DNA of 38,515 bases from Alloacidobacterium sp. (GTDB taxonomy: Bacteria > Acidobacteriota > Terriglobia > Terriglobales > Acidobacteriaceae), in assembly GCA_035313725.1 (NCBI GenBank), contig DATGAD010000062.1, positions 1 to 38,515 on the forward strand. Reading direction: 5' to 3'. This document shows, piece after piece, positions 8,688 through 17,578 of this stretch (position 1 is the stretch's first letter; the number at the start of each line of letters is the position of its first letter). Under the pieces are notes generated by a model. That model was not told the DNA's origin. It did not search any database and worked only from the letters and a program-made list of their open reading frames with translations. A program made the position numbers and the translations under genes.

Positions 8688-9782
8688 GTGCATTACGACG
8701 TCACCATTCTCGGCGGAGGACCCGCGGGCAACGCGGCTGCGCTCTCGCTCAAGCGCCTGCGCCCATCGCTCAAGGTTCTCGTCGTCGAAGCCTCCCGCAA
8801 TCACCAGTGGCAGGTCGGCGAAACGCTCTCGCCCGGCTGCAAATCCATCCTTCAGAGCCTCGGCTGCTGGGAGCCCTTCCGCGCCGAATGTTTCATAGAA
8901 TCCTTCGGCACCTCTTCCGCCTGGGGCAATGACCGCGCCAGCGACAACGAATTCATCTTTTCCCTCGGCGGCAGCGGCTATCATGTCGATCGCCTGCGCT
9001 TCGAGCACCTGCTCTCAAACTGCTCGCAGCAAGCGGGCGCAGAGCTGCTCTCAGGCTTCCACGTCGCTGCTCAGGAATTCGCCGGCGGTCACGGCTGGCA
9101 TCTCACTCTGCGCAGCCCGTCAAGCATCCAGCAGGTTGAAACGCACTTCGTCGTCGATGCCACCGGGCGCTCTGCTTCCTTCGCCGTGCAGAACGGCGCC
9201 CATAGAATGGCGGACGACCGTCTCATGGGCGTCTTCACGCGCTTCACATTTCCCTCCGGCCTCGCGCCCAAAGACCCGCGCACCTTGATCGAAGCGCAGC
9301 AGGACGGCTGGTGGTACTCCGCGTTGACCCCGGATGCATGCATTGTTGTCGCCTGGATGAGCGACGCCGACCTGATCCGCGCGCGCGCCCTGCACCTCTC
9401 CGCCAACTGGCTCAACCATCTTCAGCGCAGCCGCCTCACGAGCGCACGGATCGCACAGGGCCAGCCCGAGTTGCCGCCGCGCCTGCAGGCAGCGCAATCG
9501 CAGATCCTCACCAGAACCTCAGGCCCCGGTTGGGTCGCAACCGGAGACGCCGCGACCGCACTCGACCCGCTCTCCTCGCAAGGCATCCTGAAAGCACTGC
9601 GCACCGGAAAGCTGGCATCGTTCGTCGCGCTCGATGCTCTGACAGGCCGGCCATCCACCCAGTCGCGCTACGACGCACTGTTAGTCCGCGACTACGAGCA
9701 ATTCAAAGAAACCAAGACTTGGTTCTACTCCCAGGAACAGCGCTGGGCCCAGTCGCCGTTCTGGTCGCGACGGCGAGCGTAA
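8688..9782 (+). CDS. lodB: LodB/GoxB-like FAD-dependent oxidoreductase (CTQ maturation flavoprotein)
   Basis: Rossmann motif YDVTILGGGPAG, VGETLSP, FVVDATGR, GWWYSA, GDAATALDPLSSQGI, C-terminal EQRW..SPFWSRR; lies downstream of lodA. Start moved to GTG 8688. Confidence 0.88.
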   Translation: MHYDVTILGGGPAGNAAALSLKRLRPSLKVLVVEASRNHQWQVGETLSPGCKSILQSLGCWEPFRAECFIESFGTSSAWGNDRASDNEFIFSLGGSGYHVDRLRFEHLLSNCSQQAGAELLSGFHVAAQEFAGGHGWHLTLRSPSSIQQVETHFVVDATGRSASFAVQNGAHRMADDRLMGVFTRFTFPSGLAPKDPRTLIEAQQDGWWYSALTPDACIVVAWMSDADLIRARALHLSANWLNHLQRSRLTSARIAQGQPELPPRLQAAQSQILTRTSGPGWVATGDAATALDPLSSQGILKALRTGKLASFVALDALTGRPSTQSRYDALLVRDYEQFKETKTWFYSQEQRWAQSPFWSRRRA

Positions 9783-9900
9783 TGGCAACGATCACCAGAT
9801 TCACCTTCTGAGTAAAGAAATTCAGGTGCAAGCGAAAGGGCGTATAGTCCAAGCCATCGAAAACAAGGTGCGGACTTAGCAGCAGGAACGGAGCGCTCCT

Positions 9901-10443
9901 ATGAAAGTCAAAGAGTTGTTCTCAACCGCTTTGCTTATCGTCACCAGCTGTAGTCTAACCGCGCTATCACAGGAAACGGCGAAGGCTAAGCCGTTCGAGG
10001 TATGTCAGGGAACTTACGCATTATGTACCTTCTCAAAATGCGAAGCGACACCAGGACTAAATACGGCTTCATGTTCATGCGGCGTTTGGCAGGGCTACTC
10101 CGTTGGTACGGAGTGCGAAGGTCCGAAGAAGAATCCCGACGGCCAGACCACGGTGCGGTCACGCTATTATCCAATCCCCGGCTATGCCAGATGTACCAAC
10201 AGTAATCCATGGGCAATGTGCCTGGACAAGCCCTGTACGGTCGACGAGAAAGATAAGACCAGGGCCAGCTGCGATTGCTCGGTGTTAGAGGGCAAAGGCG
10301 ATTACCTTGTTCAATTCGAGTGCCCCGCCGGAATCATTTCGTCAGCCACCGTTCTCGACCTGGATAAGATCACTGACTTCCTTGAGACCCAGGACAAGAT
10401 ACCCGTACAGGACTTCATCGTTCTCAATCCCAGGCAGAAATAG
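9901..10443 (+). CDS. Secreted cysteine-rich protein with an internal duplication
   Basis: Signal-peptide-like N-terminus; 12 Cys in the mature part, arranged as two similar units. Confidence 0.75.
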   Translation: MKVKELFSTALLIVTSCSLTALSQETAKAKPFEVCQGTYALCTFSKCEATPGLNTASCSCGVWQGYSVGTECEGPKKNPDGQTTVRSRYYPIPGYARCTNSNPWAMCLDKPCTVDEKDKTRASCDCSVLEGKGDYLVQFECPAGIISSATVLDLDKITDFLETQDKIPVQDFIVLNPRQK

Positions 10444-10487
10444 ATCAAGGCCAACGGCGGACATCTCAGTCTGCTACGATGCCAGCC

Positions 10488-10943
10488 ATGAACAAACTTG
10501 CGCCATTCCTCTGGTTCGATGACAACGCTGAAGAAGCCGCCGAGTTTTACCTGAGCGTCTTCCCGCACGCGCGCAGGCTCGATGAGCTGCGTTCCAAAGG
10601 CGTTGGACCCTGGCCCGTGGGAAAGATTGCCACGATCACGATCGAGCTTGAGGGCCAGGAGATGGTCTTTCTCAACGGCGGCCCCGCTCATCAGCTCAAC
10701 CCCGCCTTCTCGTTCTTCGTCCGGTGCGACTCCCAGGAAGAGATCGACAGCTACTGGGGCAAGTTGATCGAAGGCGGCAAACCCATGGCCTGCGGCTGGC
10801 TCACAGACCGCTTCGGCCTATGCTGGCAGATCGTGCCACGCAATATCGGCGAGTTGATCAATCACTCCAAAGCCATGGAAGCGATGATGGGGATGATCAA
10901 GCTGGACCTGCACGCGTTGGAAGCCGCAGGGCAAGAGAACTGA
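10488..10943 (+). CDS. VOC / PhnB-like (3-demethylubiquinone-9 3-methyltransferase-like) protein
   Basis: KLAPFLWFDDNAEEAAEFY, LNGGP, SQEEIDSYW, CGWLTDRFGLCWQIVP. Confidence 0.9.
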   Translation: MNKLAPFLWFDDNAEEAAEFYLSVFPHARRLDELRSKGVGPWPVGKIATITIELEGQEMVFLNGGPAHQLNPAFSFFVRCDSQEEIDSYWGKLIEGGKPMACGWLTDRFGLCWQIVPRNIGELINHSKAMEAMMGMIKLDLHALEAAGQEN

Positions 10944-11013
10944 GAGCCTTCTCTACCCTATTGGTTTCTTACCTGCGATGCGCGAACGGTGACGATCGCA
11001 GTCGGTTGCTGTG

Positions 11014-11031
11014 ACTGACACTTGTGCCAGT
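11014..11031. promoter_or_regulatory. 18-bp palindromic box copy 1 (ACTGACACTTGTGCCAGT)
   Basis: Matches the consensus ACTGTCACWWGTGACAGT seen at five other intergenic sites; about 85 nt upstream of CDS 11115. Confidence 0.6.
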
Positions 11032-11114
11032 TGCTGTACTGTCGGCAACAGTGTACGGTTGGGACTCCTAGGGAATCGCGGGCCACTGAATTTGAATATC
11101 CAGGAGTGGAGCGT

Positions 11115-11717
11115 ATGCACATACAGAAAAGGTTTTCAAAGTTCGTTGCCATTGGCACAGTGATGTTTGGCGTAATCCTGGCTGGAAGCCGCCCGGCATT
11201 TTCGAGAGACAAGTATGAAACGATCGACGCGCAGGCGTTCGGCACTGGCACGCAAATGGGCGCAAATATTGGCGTGACCCTAAACATCTACGAATTCTCA
11301 ACGCCCGCAGACAGGGTAACTTTAGTGCAGGCTTACGAAAAGGGTCAGAATCAGGGACTGGTAAATGCACTGCAGAAGATGAAGGCGGTAGGCCACGTGG
11401 AGATCACAGGCACGCTGGGCTATGACTGCGCTTACATCAAGATGACTCCGACCCCAACTGGCAGAAAGATCGTCTTTGTCACTAATCGTCAGATCCGCTT
11501 TGGGGAAGCCTTCTTCGATACTCAATCGCAGTCCTTCAACCTAACTGCCGGCGAGCTTGAAATCAACGATCAGGACAAGAGCAAGAGCACTGGAGTCCTC
11601 TATCCGGCGGCACAGCTAATCCTTGACAAAGAAGGCAAGCTGCAGTTGGACCTGAATCAGAATCCATGGAAACTGGTGGATGTTATCGATTGGAAAGGCA
11701 CGGCTGGGGTCAATTAG
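11115..11717 (+). CDS. Exported hypothetical protein
   Basis: ATG after CAGGAG; signal peptide (KRFSKFVAIGTVMFGVILAG...AFS); coherent 200-aa ORF. Confidence 0.75.
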   Translation: MHIQKRFSKFVAIGTVMFGVILAGSRPAFSRDKYETIDAQAFGTGTQMGANIGVTLNIYEFSTPADRVTLVQAYEKGQNQGLVNALQKMKAVGHVEITGTLGYDCAYIKMTPTPTGRKIVFVTNRQIRFGEAFFDTQSQSFNLTAGELEINDQDKSKSTGVLYPAAQLILDKEGKLQLDLNQNPWKLVDVIDWKGTAGVN

Positions 11718-11813
11718 TGACACAGCTCCTTTGCTCTTGATCCAATCGCACTCAACGCAGGCTCGCCAGTTCTATTTAGCGTGATCCAGAAACCGTAAAA
11801 AGCGAGGTAAGTT

Positions 11814-12311
11814 ATGACGCCCCGTCGACCGTATTCGATCAGATATATCGTGTTTGCCTTAGTGTTTGCCGGGTTAGGTCTAAACCCCGGCGCACAGGCG
11901 CAGAACAAGAATAGTAAGTATGCCTGCTCGGAGCCGAATCCAGCTTCGATTTGCACCGCCAGCAATACATGCGGTTCGAGTTCGGAGCCGTGCTCTGTCG
12001 ACGTCAAGCGCTCCGCGAACTCCGCCTCAGCGACTCCCAGCATTCAGGGTGCGAAAGGAAACTCTACTTTCTGCGTGAAGGCGGGGACAACCGTGATCTG
12101 GAAGAGTGACACGAAGCATGAGGGCTTTATCGTCGATATGGGACCGAAGACACCGTTCGCTACTGACGACATTATCGGGGGTTCGGACAAGCAAGTGACT
12201 ACGGTCGCCAAAACTCCAGGCTGCTACAAGTACTCCATTGGGGCGTGCCTTTCCGGGGCAATCTACGGAATGTGCGAGAACACTACGGCGGAGCTTGTCG
12301 TGGTCCAGTAG
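11814..12311 (+). CDS. Exported Cys-containing protein, possibly with a cupredoxin-like fold
   Basis: Signal peptide ending AQA; 8 Cys. CVKAGTTVIWK...KTPGCYKYSIG resembles cupredoxin strand patterns, but a canonical type-1 Cu ligand set is not evident. Confidence 0.65.
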   Translation: MTPRRPYSIRYIVFALVFAGLGLNPGAQAQNKNSKYACSEPNPASICTASNTCGSSSEPCSVDVKRSANSASATPSIQGAKGNSTFCVKAGTTVIWKSDTKHEGFIVDMGPKTPFATDDIIGGSDKQVTTVAKTPGCYKYSIGACLSGAIYGMCENTTAELVVVQ

Positions 12312-12567
12312 AGACTTGATGACTTGTGTCGGCACTCGTTGTACGTTGGGTTTACCCTCCCCCTATGTTTTGGTAAATTCGTCTTTTTATTGGTAGTTAC
12401 GATTCGCGCGCTGCTTCTGGTCTTCCTAAACCCACCCCGTCATGCGCAAGGCGCGCGCGCCGGGGAGCCCGGTGCTGGCCGTCAGAATGACGGGATCATA
12501 CAGTCACGGTTTTCACGTGGTTTTCCACGACCGGACTATGCAGTATTGAGATTCTCCTTAAAACACG

Positions 12568-12598
12568 AAAGCCCACCGGGCCGCCGGCGGGCTTTTTT
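12568..12598 (+). terminator. Intrinsic terminator-like hairpin
   Basis: AAAGCCCaCCGG-gccg-CCGGcGGGCTTT followed by further T residues. Confidence 0.65.
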
Positions 12599-12934
12599 CT
12601 CTCTACTTCTAGTTTAGCAGTTCAGGAGGAAATACCAGCCAAAATTGGCCTCTGTTTTTTCTGTTTAGAATCTGCGGGTTAGAAGATTTCTTTGCTTCAG
12701 GGGGCTTGACAAGAAATTTCGCTGGGAAGAGAAAAGACCCTAACCAATTCCGGGAAGCGCTACAATTTGGCTGCAATCCATTCAACAGCTTTTTAGCTGC
12801 GGCAGTTCTGTAGAGTATTCAACCTAATTCCAGACTGGTTCGGGGCCCCACAACAAGAGCATACAAAAGCTTGCTAAACGAGCGGCTTGGCGCGCGGATA
12901 TTGCGGAAACCCAGGTGACGTGCATACGAGGGCT

Positions 12935-15166
12935 ATGGGGACCATTCGAGGCACAGTGCAGCGTAATTTCTCACGCCGGTTTGGCGCTCTGGCTTCGTGT
13001 CTGTGGCTGGCATTTCTTGGCATTCTGTTGTGCCTGCTAAGCGTTCCCTCTGCTGCGGCTCAGACGAATGCGAAGAACGTGCTTGTGTTATACCCCTACG
13101 GCGCACCGCCGTCCTTCGCAATCCTTAAGTCCTCGATGCAAGCTCATATTCCACAGCAAATCAACTTCTATACCGTATCCATGTCAAATCGGCGGTTCGG
13201 AGAAGAAGACTATCAGAAGAGCCTTGCGGAGACTTTCCGCCGTGGGTATGAAGGGATAAAGCTTGATGTTGTGATTGCATCTACGTATCCGGTTCTTCAA
13301 TTCGCGGTGCGATATCGGAACAAAATGTTTCCCGGTGTGCCAATCGTCTTTTTTGATGTTTACCCCAACGAATTGGAAGGGCAGAGCACTTTGCCGGGAG
13401 TGACGGGTGTCATCGTTCCTCTGGCGATGCGGGAGACGATCGATCTCGCGCTGCATCTTCATCCGGATACAAGTGCGGTTGCGGTGATCACGGGCACATC
13501 GGAGTGGGAGCGGTACTGGTTGGCGTTGGCACATTCCGAACTTCTTCGTTATCAGGATAAGGTCAGAGAGATCGACCTTATCGGACCTTCAAGCGGTCAG
13601 ATGCTTGAGAGAGTTGCCGCACTCCCTCCTCACACGGTGGTCCTGTTTCAGCTTGCGCCACACGATTCAAATGAGGCAACATTCGGTTACTTTGATGTCC
13701 TTACTGCGGCCGCACAGCGACTGCCCACCTACTCCGTCTACCCAGGGCTCGGTTTGACTCATGGAGGAATTGGTGGAGTGTACCGTGACATTCCGAAAGA
13801 TGTAAGGTTGACTGCGGAGACGGCGGTACGGGCGATGTCAGGTGAGCCGACTGAGAGCATTCCCATTGTGCGCGACTCCAGTGTTCAGGTCCAGGTGGAC
13901 TGGCGTGCGCTTCAGCGGTGGCACATTCCGACGTCGGCTCTGCCGCCGGGCAGCGTGATCCTGTATCGGCAACCCACCTTTTGGGAGCAATATCGAAAAT
14001 ATCTGATTCCAGGTATCGCGCTGATCGTCGCACAGGCACTGCTGATTATTGGATTGCTGTGGCAGCGTGCACGCAAGCGGAAAGCCGAAGCTGGCCTGCG
14101 TGAGAGCGAAGAGCGTTTCCGCGTGATGGCCGATACGACGCCTTCATTGGTCTGGATGTGCGACCGGCATGGCAAGATCACATATCTGAATGAGCGCCGA
14201 CTTGCGTTTACCGGACCAGACCCAAACGCGGGGTATGGCGATTCGTGGATCGCATACGTCCATCCGGACGATGTAAAGGGCATTCTGGATACGCTCTCGC
14301 AGGCCTTGAAGGATCACAAGCCATTCTCGAAGGCGTATCGCCTGCGCCGCAGCGATGGCGTCTATCGATGGATGTTTGATGTTGCAGCTCAAAGGGTGAA
14401 CGGGGATGGATCGTTTGCCGGGTTTATCGGCTCGGCGATTGACGTAACCGATCAGAAGGTGGCGCAACAAGCTCTTGAAAAAGTAAGCGGTCAACTGATC
14501 GAAGCGCAGGAGAAAGAGCGCAGCCGCATCGCAAGAGATCTGCATGATGACATCTGCCAGAGGCTGGCGCTGCTGTCGATGGAGATTGAGCAGGCGAATC
14601 GCAGTTCGAACGGGTCAGCTATGACGGCGAAGGAGCGCCTGGAAGAAATCCGGAAGCACTGTTCGGAGATTGCAGGCGATGTACAATCGCTGTCGCACCA
14701 ACTGCACTCATCGAAACTTGACTACCTGGGCATTGTGGCTGCTATCCGAGGGTTCTGCAACGAGTTCTCGAAACAACACGAAGTGAGCATTGAGTTCACG
14801 GACCGGAATGTGCCTGGGAATTTGCCCAAAGATATTTCGCTATGTCTCTTCCGAGTTGCGCAGGAAGCGCTGCATAACGCGCTCAAATACAGCGGCGTGG
14901 GCCACTTCTCGGTAGAGATTAGCGGCATGGGGGACGAGATCCAACTGGTTGTGCGCGATGCGGGTGTGGGCTTTGAGGTCGAAGAGGTGCGGGAGAATCG
15001 CGGTCTGGGACTGGTGAGCATGCAGGAACGAGTGCATCTGGTGCACGGCAGGTTCTCGGTTGAGTCGCAGCCTGGGATGGGAACAAAGATCCTTGCTCTA
15101 GTGCCGCTGATGGTTGTGGAAGAGAGCCCATTGCAAGAGACCGCCAATATGACGGGGACCCGATGA
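12935..15166 (+). CDS. Membrane sensor histidine kinase: periplasmic ABC-binding-like domain, PAS, HisKA_3, HATPase
   Basis: TM segments, PAS (ESEERFRVMADTTP...VHPDD...DVTDQK), H-box ERSRIARDLHDDICQRL, N-box QEALHNALKYS, DAGVGF, GLGLVSMQER. Confidence 0.92.
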   Translation: MGTIRGTVQRNFSRRFGALASCLWLAFLGILLCLLSVPSAAAQTNAKNVLVLYPYGAPPSFAILKSSMQAHIPQQINFYTVSMSNRRFGEEDYQKSLAETFRRGYEGIKLDVVIASTYPVLQFAVRYRNKMFPGVPIVFFDVYPNELEGQSTLPGVTGVIVPLAMRETIDLALHLHPDTSAVAVITGTSEWERYWLALAHSELLRYQDKVREIDLIGPSSGQMLERVAALPPHTVVLFQLAPHDSNEATFGYFDVLTAAAQRLPTYSVYPGLGLTHGGIGGVYRDIPKDVRLTAETAVRAMSGEPTESIPIVRDSSVQVQVDWRALQRWHIPTSALPPGSVILYRQPTFWEQYRKYLIPGIALIVAQALLIIGLLWQRARKRKAEAGLRESEERFRVMADTTPSLVWMCDRHGKITYLNERRLAFTGPDPNAGYGDSWIAYVHPDDVKGILDTLSQALKDHKPFSKAYRLRRSDGVYRWMFDVAAQRVNGDGSFAGFIGSAIDVTDQKVAQQALEKVSGQLIEAQEKERSRIARDLHDDICQRLALLSMEIEQANRSSNGSAMTAKERLEEIRKHCSEIAGDVQSLSHQLHSSKLDYLGIVAAIRGFCNEFSKQHEVSIEFTDRNVPGNLPKDISLCLFRVAQEALHNALKYSGVGHFSVEISGMGDEIQLVVRDAGVGFEVEEVRENRGLGLVSMQERVHLVHGRFSVESQPGMGTKILALVPLMVVEESPLQETANMTGTR

Positions 15167-15804
15167 AACGAACAACTATTTTGCTGGCTGACGACCACAC
15201 GATGTTTTGTGCCGGAGTCCAGAAGCTGCTGGAGCCTGAATTTGAAGTGATGGGCTGCGTTCAGGATGGCCGGGCGCTAATCAAAACGGCCGTGGAGATG
15301 AACCCTGATCTGGTCTTGGTCGACGTGGGAATGCCATTGTTGAATGGCCTGGACGCCGGGCGAGAATTGAAGAAGCTAATGCCCCGGGTGAAACTCATCT
15401 TCCTTACGATGAATCCAGACGCGGAGATAGCGAGCGAGGCATTCCGGATTGGCGCATCGGGCTATTTGTTAAAGAATTCGCCGGGTGAAGAACTGCTGCA
15501 GGCCGTTCATAGTGCAATCCGTGGATCTTCCTATGTGACGCCGCAAATAAGTCATGCAATGGAGGAGATGTTTATCCGTGATCCGAAGTCGCTCAATCGC
15601 CCCAAAACGTTGAGCGATCGGCAGCGTGAAGTGCTGCAAATGCTTGCCGAGGGTCAATCGATGAAGGAGATCGCCTTCATTCTTCAGATATCGCGAAGAA
15701 CGGTGCGCTTTCACAAATACAAGATCATGGAAGAGCTGGGAATCAAAACCAACGCCGAGCTGGTGCAGTACGCCATCAAGCACTCGATCATCTCCCCGCA
15801 TTAA
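15163..15804 (+). CDS. NarL/FixJ-family response regulator (REC + LuxR HTH)
   Basis: LLADDH, VLVDVGMP, LSDRQREVLQMLAEG...TVRFHK; ATGA overlap with the kinase. Confidence 0.95.
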   Translation: MKRTTILLADDHTMFCAGVQKLLEPEFEVMGCVQDGRALIKTAVEMNPDLVLVDVGMPLLNGLDAGRELKKLMPRVKLIFLTMNPDAEIASEAFRIGASGYLLKNSPGEELLQAVHSAIRGSSYVTPQISHAMEEMFIRDPKSLNRPKTLSDRQREVLQMLAEGQSMKEIAFILQISRRTVRFHKYKIMEELGIKTNAELVQYAIKHSIISPH

Positions 15805-15851
15805 GTCGCTGCCGCTTCGGCGAATTTCAAAATACCTCCAAGACAACAGCG

Positions 15852-15869
15852 CCTGTCCCTAGTGGCAGT
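15852..15869. promoter_or_regulatory. 18-bp palindromic box copy 2 (CCTGTCCCTAGTGGCAGT)
   Basis: Upstream of the OmpA-family gene; nearly the reverse complement of the box at 21798. Confidence 0.6.
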
Positions 15870-16002
15870 TCTCACCTGCTTCCACGTGTGGTGAAGTAAT
15901 GACTGAAAGACGAGCCCATGGTTAGCGATGCAACACCAGTCCGCAAGGGGACAGGGTTCTATTCAGAGATATGGCAGCGAGGAGCGAAAAGGAGGATCTC
16001 CA

Positions 16003-16983
16003 ATGAAACCGCGGTCTAGAAATTCGAAGTCAAAGGTACTGGGTTATGTCATCTGCACTGTTCTGATGGGCGGACTCATCCGCGGAGCAGTGGCACAACA
16101 AACGTTTGAGGCTAATAAGAAACAGAAGGTCTCGGGCACGATCTTGTCGCGTAGTGGAGATCTGGTGAAGATTCAGGAGAAGAAGACGGGCCAAACTGCC
16201 CTTATCGACCTTTCCGATGACACCAAGATCGAACGGAAGAAAGATTTCCGGCTACGCCGTACGGACATGGACGTCACAGCCATGGTGCCGGGACTGACGA
16301 TTGACGTGGAAGGCGTGGGCAATGCAAAGGGACAACTCGATGCAAAGAAAATAGTCTTCGATCCGGACACGTTTGCTATCGAAGTGGCTGAGGAGCAGCA
16401 GATTCAGACGAACAGGGGAGCAGCAGCATCGGCACAGTCAACGGCAAATCAGGGTGTTGCGGCGGCCGGACAGGCACAAGCTTCCGCGGACCAGGCCCAG
16501 CAGTCTGCTAACCAGGCGGGCCAGCTGGCTGCCGGAGCAGGCGTGGCCGCGATCACGGATGCTCAGGCGATTCAGATGGTCAACCAACGGGTCTCGGACC
16601 TGGGGGATTACAGCACGGTGGAAGGGGCAGCGCTATTTTTTGATACCGGAAAGGCTGCGTTGTCGGATAACGATAAGCAGGCGCTGGATAAATTGGCCAA
16701 GGATGCGGCAACCGTCCAGAACTACATGATCGAGATCGCGGGCTATGCCTCCAGTACCGGGACGAAGGCAGAGAATGAGAAACTAAGCGATCAGCGGGCG
16801 GCGGCCGTCACGGACTACCTTCGCAATTCTGCCAACGTACCGATGCGGCGCATTCTGGTGCCCGCCGGATATGGCGCCAGCCACCCCGTGGCGAACAATG
16901 ACAGCTCGCTCGGACGCGATATCAATCAGCGAGTCGATGTGAAGGTGATCGCAAATAAAGGTCTGTCGGAAGGCACGTCCTAA
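16003..16983 (+). CDS. OmpA-family peptidoglycan-binding protein with N-terminal OB-like module and Ala/Gln-rich coiled coil
   Basis: AAAGGAGG RBS, signal peptide, OmpA_C motifs FFDTGKA, IAGYAS, NEKLSDQRAAAV, GYGASHP, NQRVDV. Confidence 0.9.
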   Translation: MKPRSRNSKSKVLGYVICTVLMGGLIRGAVAQQTFEANKKQKVSGTILSRSGDLVKIQEKKTGQTALIDLSDDTKIERKKDFRLRRTDMDVTAMVPGLTIDVEGVGNAKGQLDAKKIVFDPDTFAIEVAEEQQIQTNRGAAASAQSTANQGVAAAGQAQASADQAQQSANQAGQLAAGAGVAAITDAQAIQMVNQRVSDLGDYSTVEGAALFFDTGKAALSDNDKQALDKLAKDAATVQNYMIEIAGYASSTGTKAENEKLSDQRAAAVTDYLRNSANVPMRRILVPAGYGASHPVANNDSSLGRDINQRVDVKVIANKGLSEGTS

Positions 16984-17167
16984 AAATTTTGCGCCAGCGG
17001 CTGCTGATGAGAAATAACTACGATTGGAGTTGCTTGCCCGAGTTTCACACTCGTGCAGCGCAGCTCCAATTTTTCTTCAGGACACTTTCCAACACGCTTT
17101 CATTTGTGATGAACTAACGAACAACCGAAAACCGTTTCCTGATGGCAGTATGAAAAGGAGAATGCCG

Positions 17168-17515
17168 ATGATGTTGCGATTGAGGAATCACACAGTACTG
17201 TTGGTTGCCATTGCTGCTGTTCTCACTCTTGGCCTGGCACAGACGATGTCCGCACAGGATGACGTCTTTCATATGGCGAAAGGCGTGGTCAAGTCCATCG
17301 ACAAAGGCACGAAAACGATGGTCGTTAAGACCGCTGACGGGACAGAACACACCATTAAATGGACAGACAAGACAACCGTTGACGGCGGTAAAGATATTGG
17401 CGATGGCATAAAAGAAGGCAGCAAAGTTTCGGTCAAATATACCGAAAAAGGCGGCGAGAAAACCGCGGTGGGAGTGAAGGACGTCGGCAAAGCTACTGCC
17501 AAAGCAGTTCAGTAA
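17168..17515 (+). CDS. Small exported OB-fold-like (DUF5666/CusF-like) protein
   Basis: AAAAGGAG RBS; signal peptide; KGVVKSIDKGTKTMVVKTADGTEHTIK...IKEGSKVSVKY. Confidence 0.75.
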   Translation: MMLRLRNHTVLLVAIAAVLTLGLAQTMSAQDDVFHMAKGVVKSIDKGTKTMVVKTADGTEHTIKWTDKTTVDGGKDIGDGIKEGSKVSVKYTEKGGEKTAVGVKDVGKATAKAVQ

Positions 17516-17578
17516 CTCTGGATATTCGGGCAATGGCGCAGTTATCACTGCCCTATTGCAAGTCTATTCACGGTTGCA

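Noticed and set aside
12324-12617. Possible leader peptide or attenuator ORF
   Set aside because: TTG start, no RBS, and no amino-acid biosynthesis operon downstream; the region is better explained as structured non-coding DNA.
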